NCBI GenBank assembly: GCA_044344255.1
Contig: JBIJDH010000003.1
Coordinates: 320,001 to 384,000, forward strand
DNA: 64,000 bases
Direction: 5' to 3'
From: Myxococcota bacterium
GTDB lineage: Bacteria; Myxococcota_A; UBA796; UBA2385
Under the pieces are notes generated by a model. That model did not search any database. It was not told the origin of the DNA and saw only the letters and a program-made list of their open reading frames with translations. A program made the position numbers and the translations under genes. Shown one piece after another: positions 63,460-64,000 of the stretch (its first letter is position 1; each line of letters begins with the position of its first letter).

Positions 63460-64000
63460 TCAGTGGTCGACCGTCTCGCACCAGATGGGGTTCGTGCTGG
63501 GCTGGAGCGTGATCGATCCCCCCAGCCCGTCGGAGAGGGTGGCCGCGGAGAACTCGCCCCAGGCTTGCCAGGTGTCGGCGTCGGCCTCCTCGATGGTCAC
63601 CACCACCGCGTCTCCGGCCGCGGCGTCGGAGTAGAAGTAGGAGGCCGATCCGCCGGCCTCCTCCTGCAGCTTGACCCGAGCGGTGCTGCTCGTGTTGTCA
63701 TAGACCCCGGGCCCCTCGAAGATGCCGAGGAGCTCGACGACCAGCACGAAGACGTGCGTGCCCGAGTCCGTGCGCCAGAACTGGCGAAAGTTCGTGGTGC
63801 CGCTCGGCCACTGACAGGCGGAGACATTGAAGCCGAGATCGGCGTTCAGCGCCCCGGTGACGTGGAGGGTGAAGGGGATGGGGCTCGGCGGGAGCCCGCT
63901 GTCCTCTCCACCCCCGGAGTCCGTTCCGCCGTCTGTGCCGTCTGTGCCGTCTGTGCCGTCTGTGCCGTCGGCGCCGTCCGCTCCGTCACCTCCGCTGTCC
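63460..64000 (-). CDS. Partial (5' truncated) secreted or lipoprotein with a DGT-repeat linker
   Basis: Frame open to the window edge: DSGGDGADGADGTDGTDGTDGTDGGTDSGGGEDSGLPPSPIPFTLHV...CETVDH. Confidence 0.78.
   Translation of the reverse strand, partial: DSGGDGADGADGTDGTDGTDGTDGGTDSGGGEDSGLPPSPIPFTLHVTGALNADLGFNVSACQWPSGTTNFRQFWRTDSGTHVFVLVVELLGIFEGPGVYDNTSSTARVKLQEEAGGSASYFYSDAAAGDAVVVTIEEADADTWQAWGEFSAATLSDGLGGSITLQPSTNPIWCETVDH
63928..63969. repeat. 9-bp coding tandem repeat (gccgtctgt, 4 copies plus a partial)
   Basis: Seen directly. It encodes DGT repeats on the minus strand. Confidence 0.9.

Overview
Very GC-rich bacterial chromosomal DNA. The gene content (many acidic lipoproteins, Ser/Thr kinase, ECF sigma factors, exported caspase, MYXO-CTERM-like tail) suggests a Myxococcota-like organism; this is inference. 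About 53 genes fill the window. I found no rRNA, tRNA, CRISPR array or mobile element. Recognisable blocks: a Rieske oxygenase, SGNH hydrolase and HxsC-like radical SAM region; a tandem-duplicated Cys-rich lipoprotein; an NrfC-NrfD fusion plus a Tat-less molybdoenzyme; two GT-C glycosyltransferases next to orphan SxtK/SxtJ-like small proteins; a gene split by one in-frame TAG, divergent from an oxidoreductase-SelD fusion; an RRM protein with a long Gly/Pro/Arg low-complexity tail; murJ followed by a pseudokinase; a subtilase/FG-GAP operon; an ECF43-like sigma plus kinase; an ABC exporter; a Bat (VWA) operon; lnt; and an ECF sigma/anti-sigma/exported caspase/lipoprotein operon with back-to-back ECF-type promoters. 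The best candidates for undescribed systems are (1) the caspase-linked ECF module, (2) the murJ-pseudokinase operon, reminiscent of mycobacterial MviN, (3) the GT-C/SxtJK envelope-modification locus, and (4) the ECF43-like sigma with an altered phospho-switch motif. All family calls come from reading motifs by eye, not from database searches.
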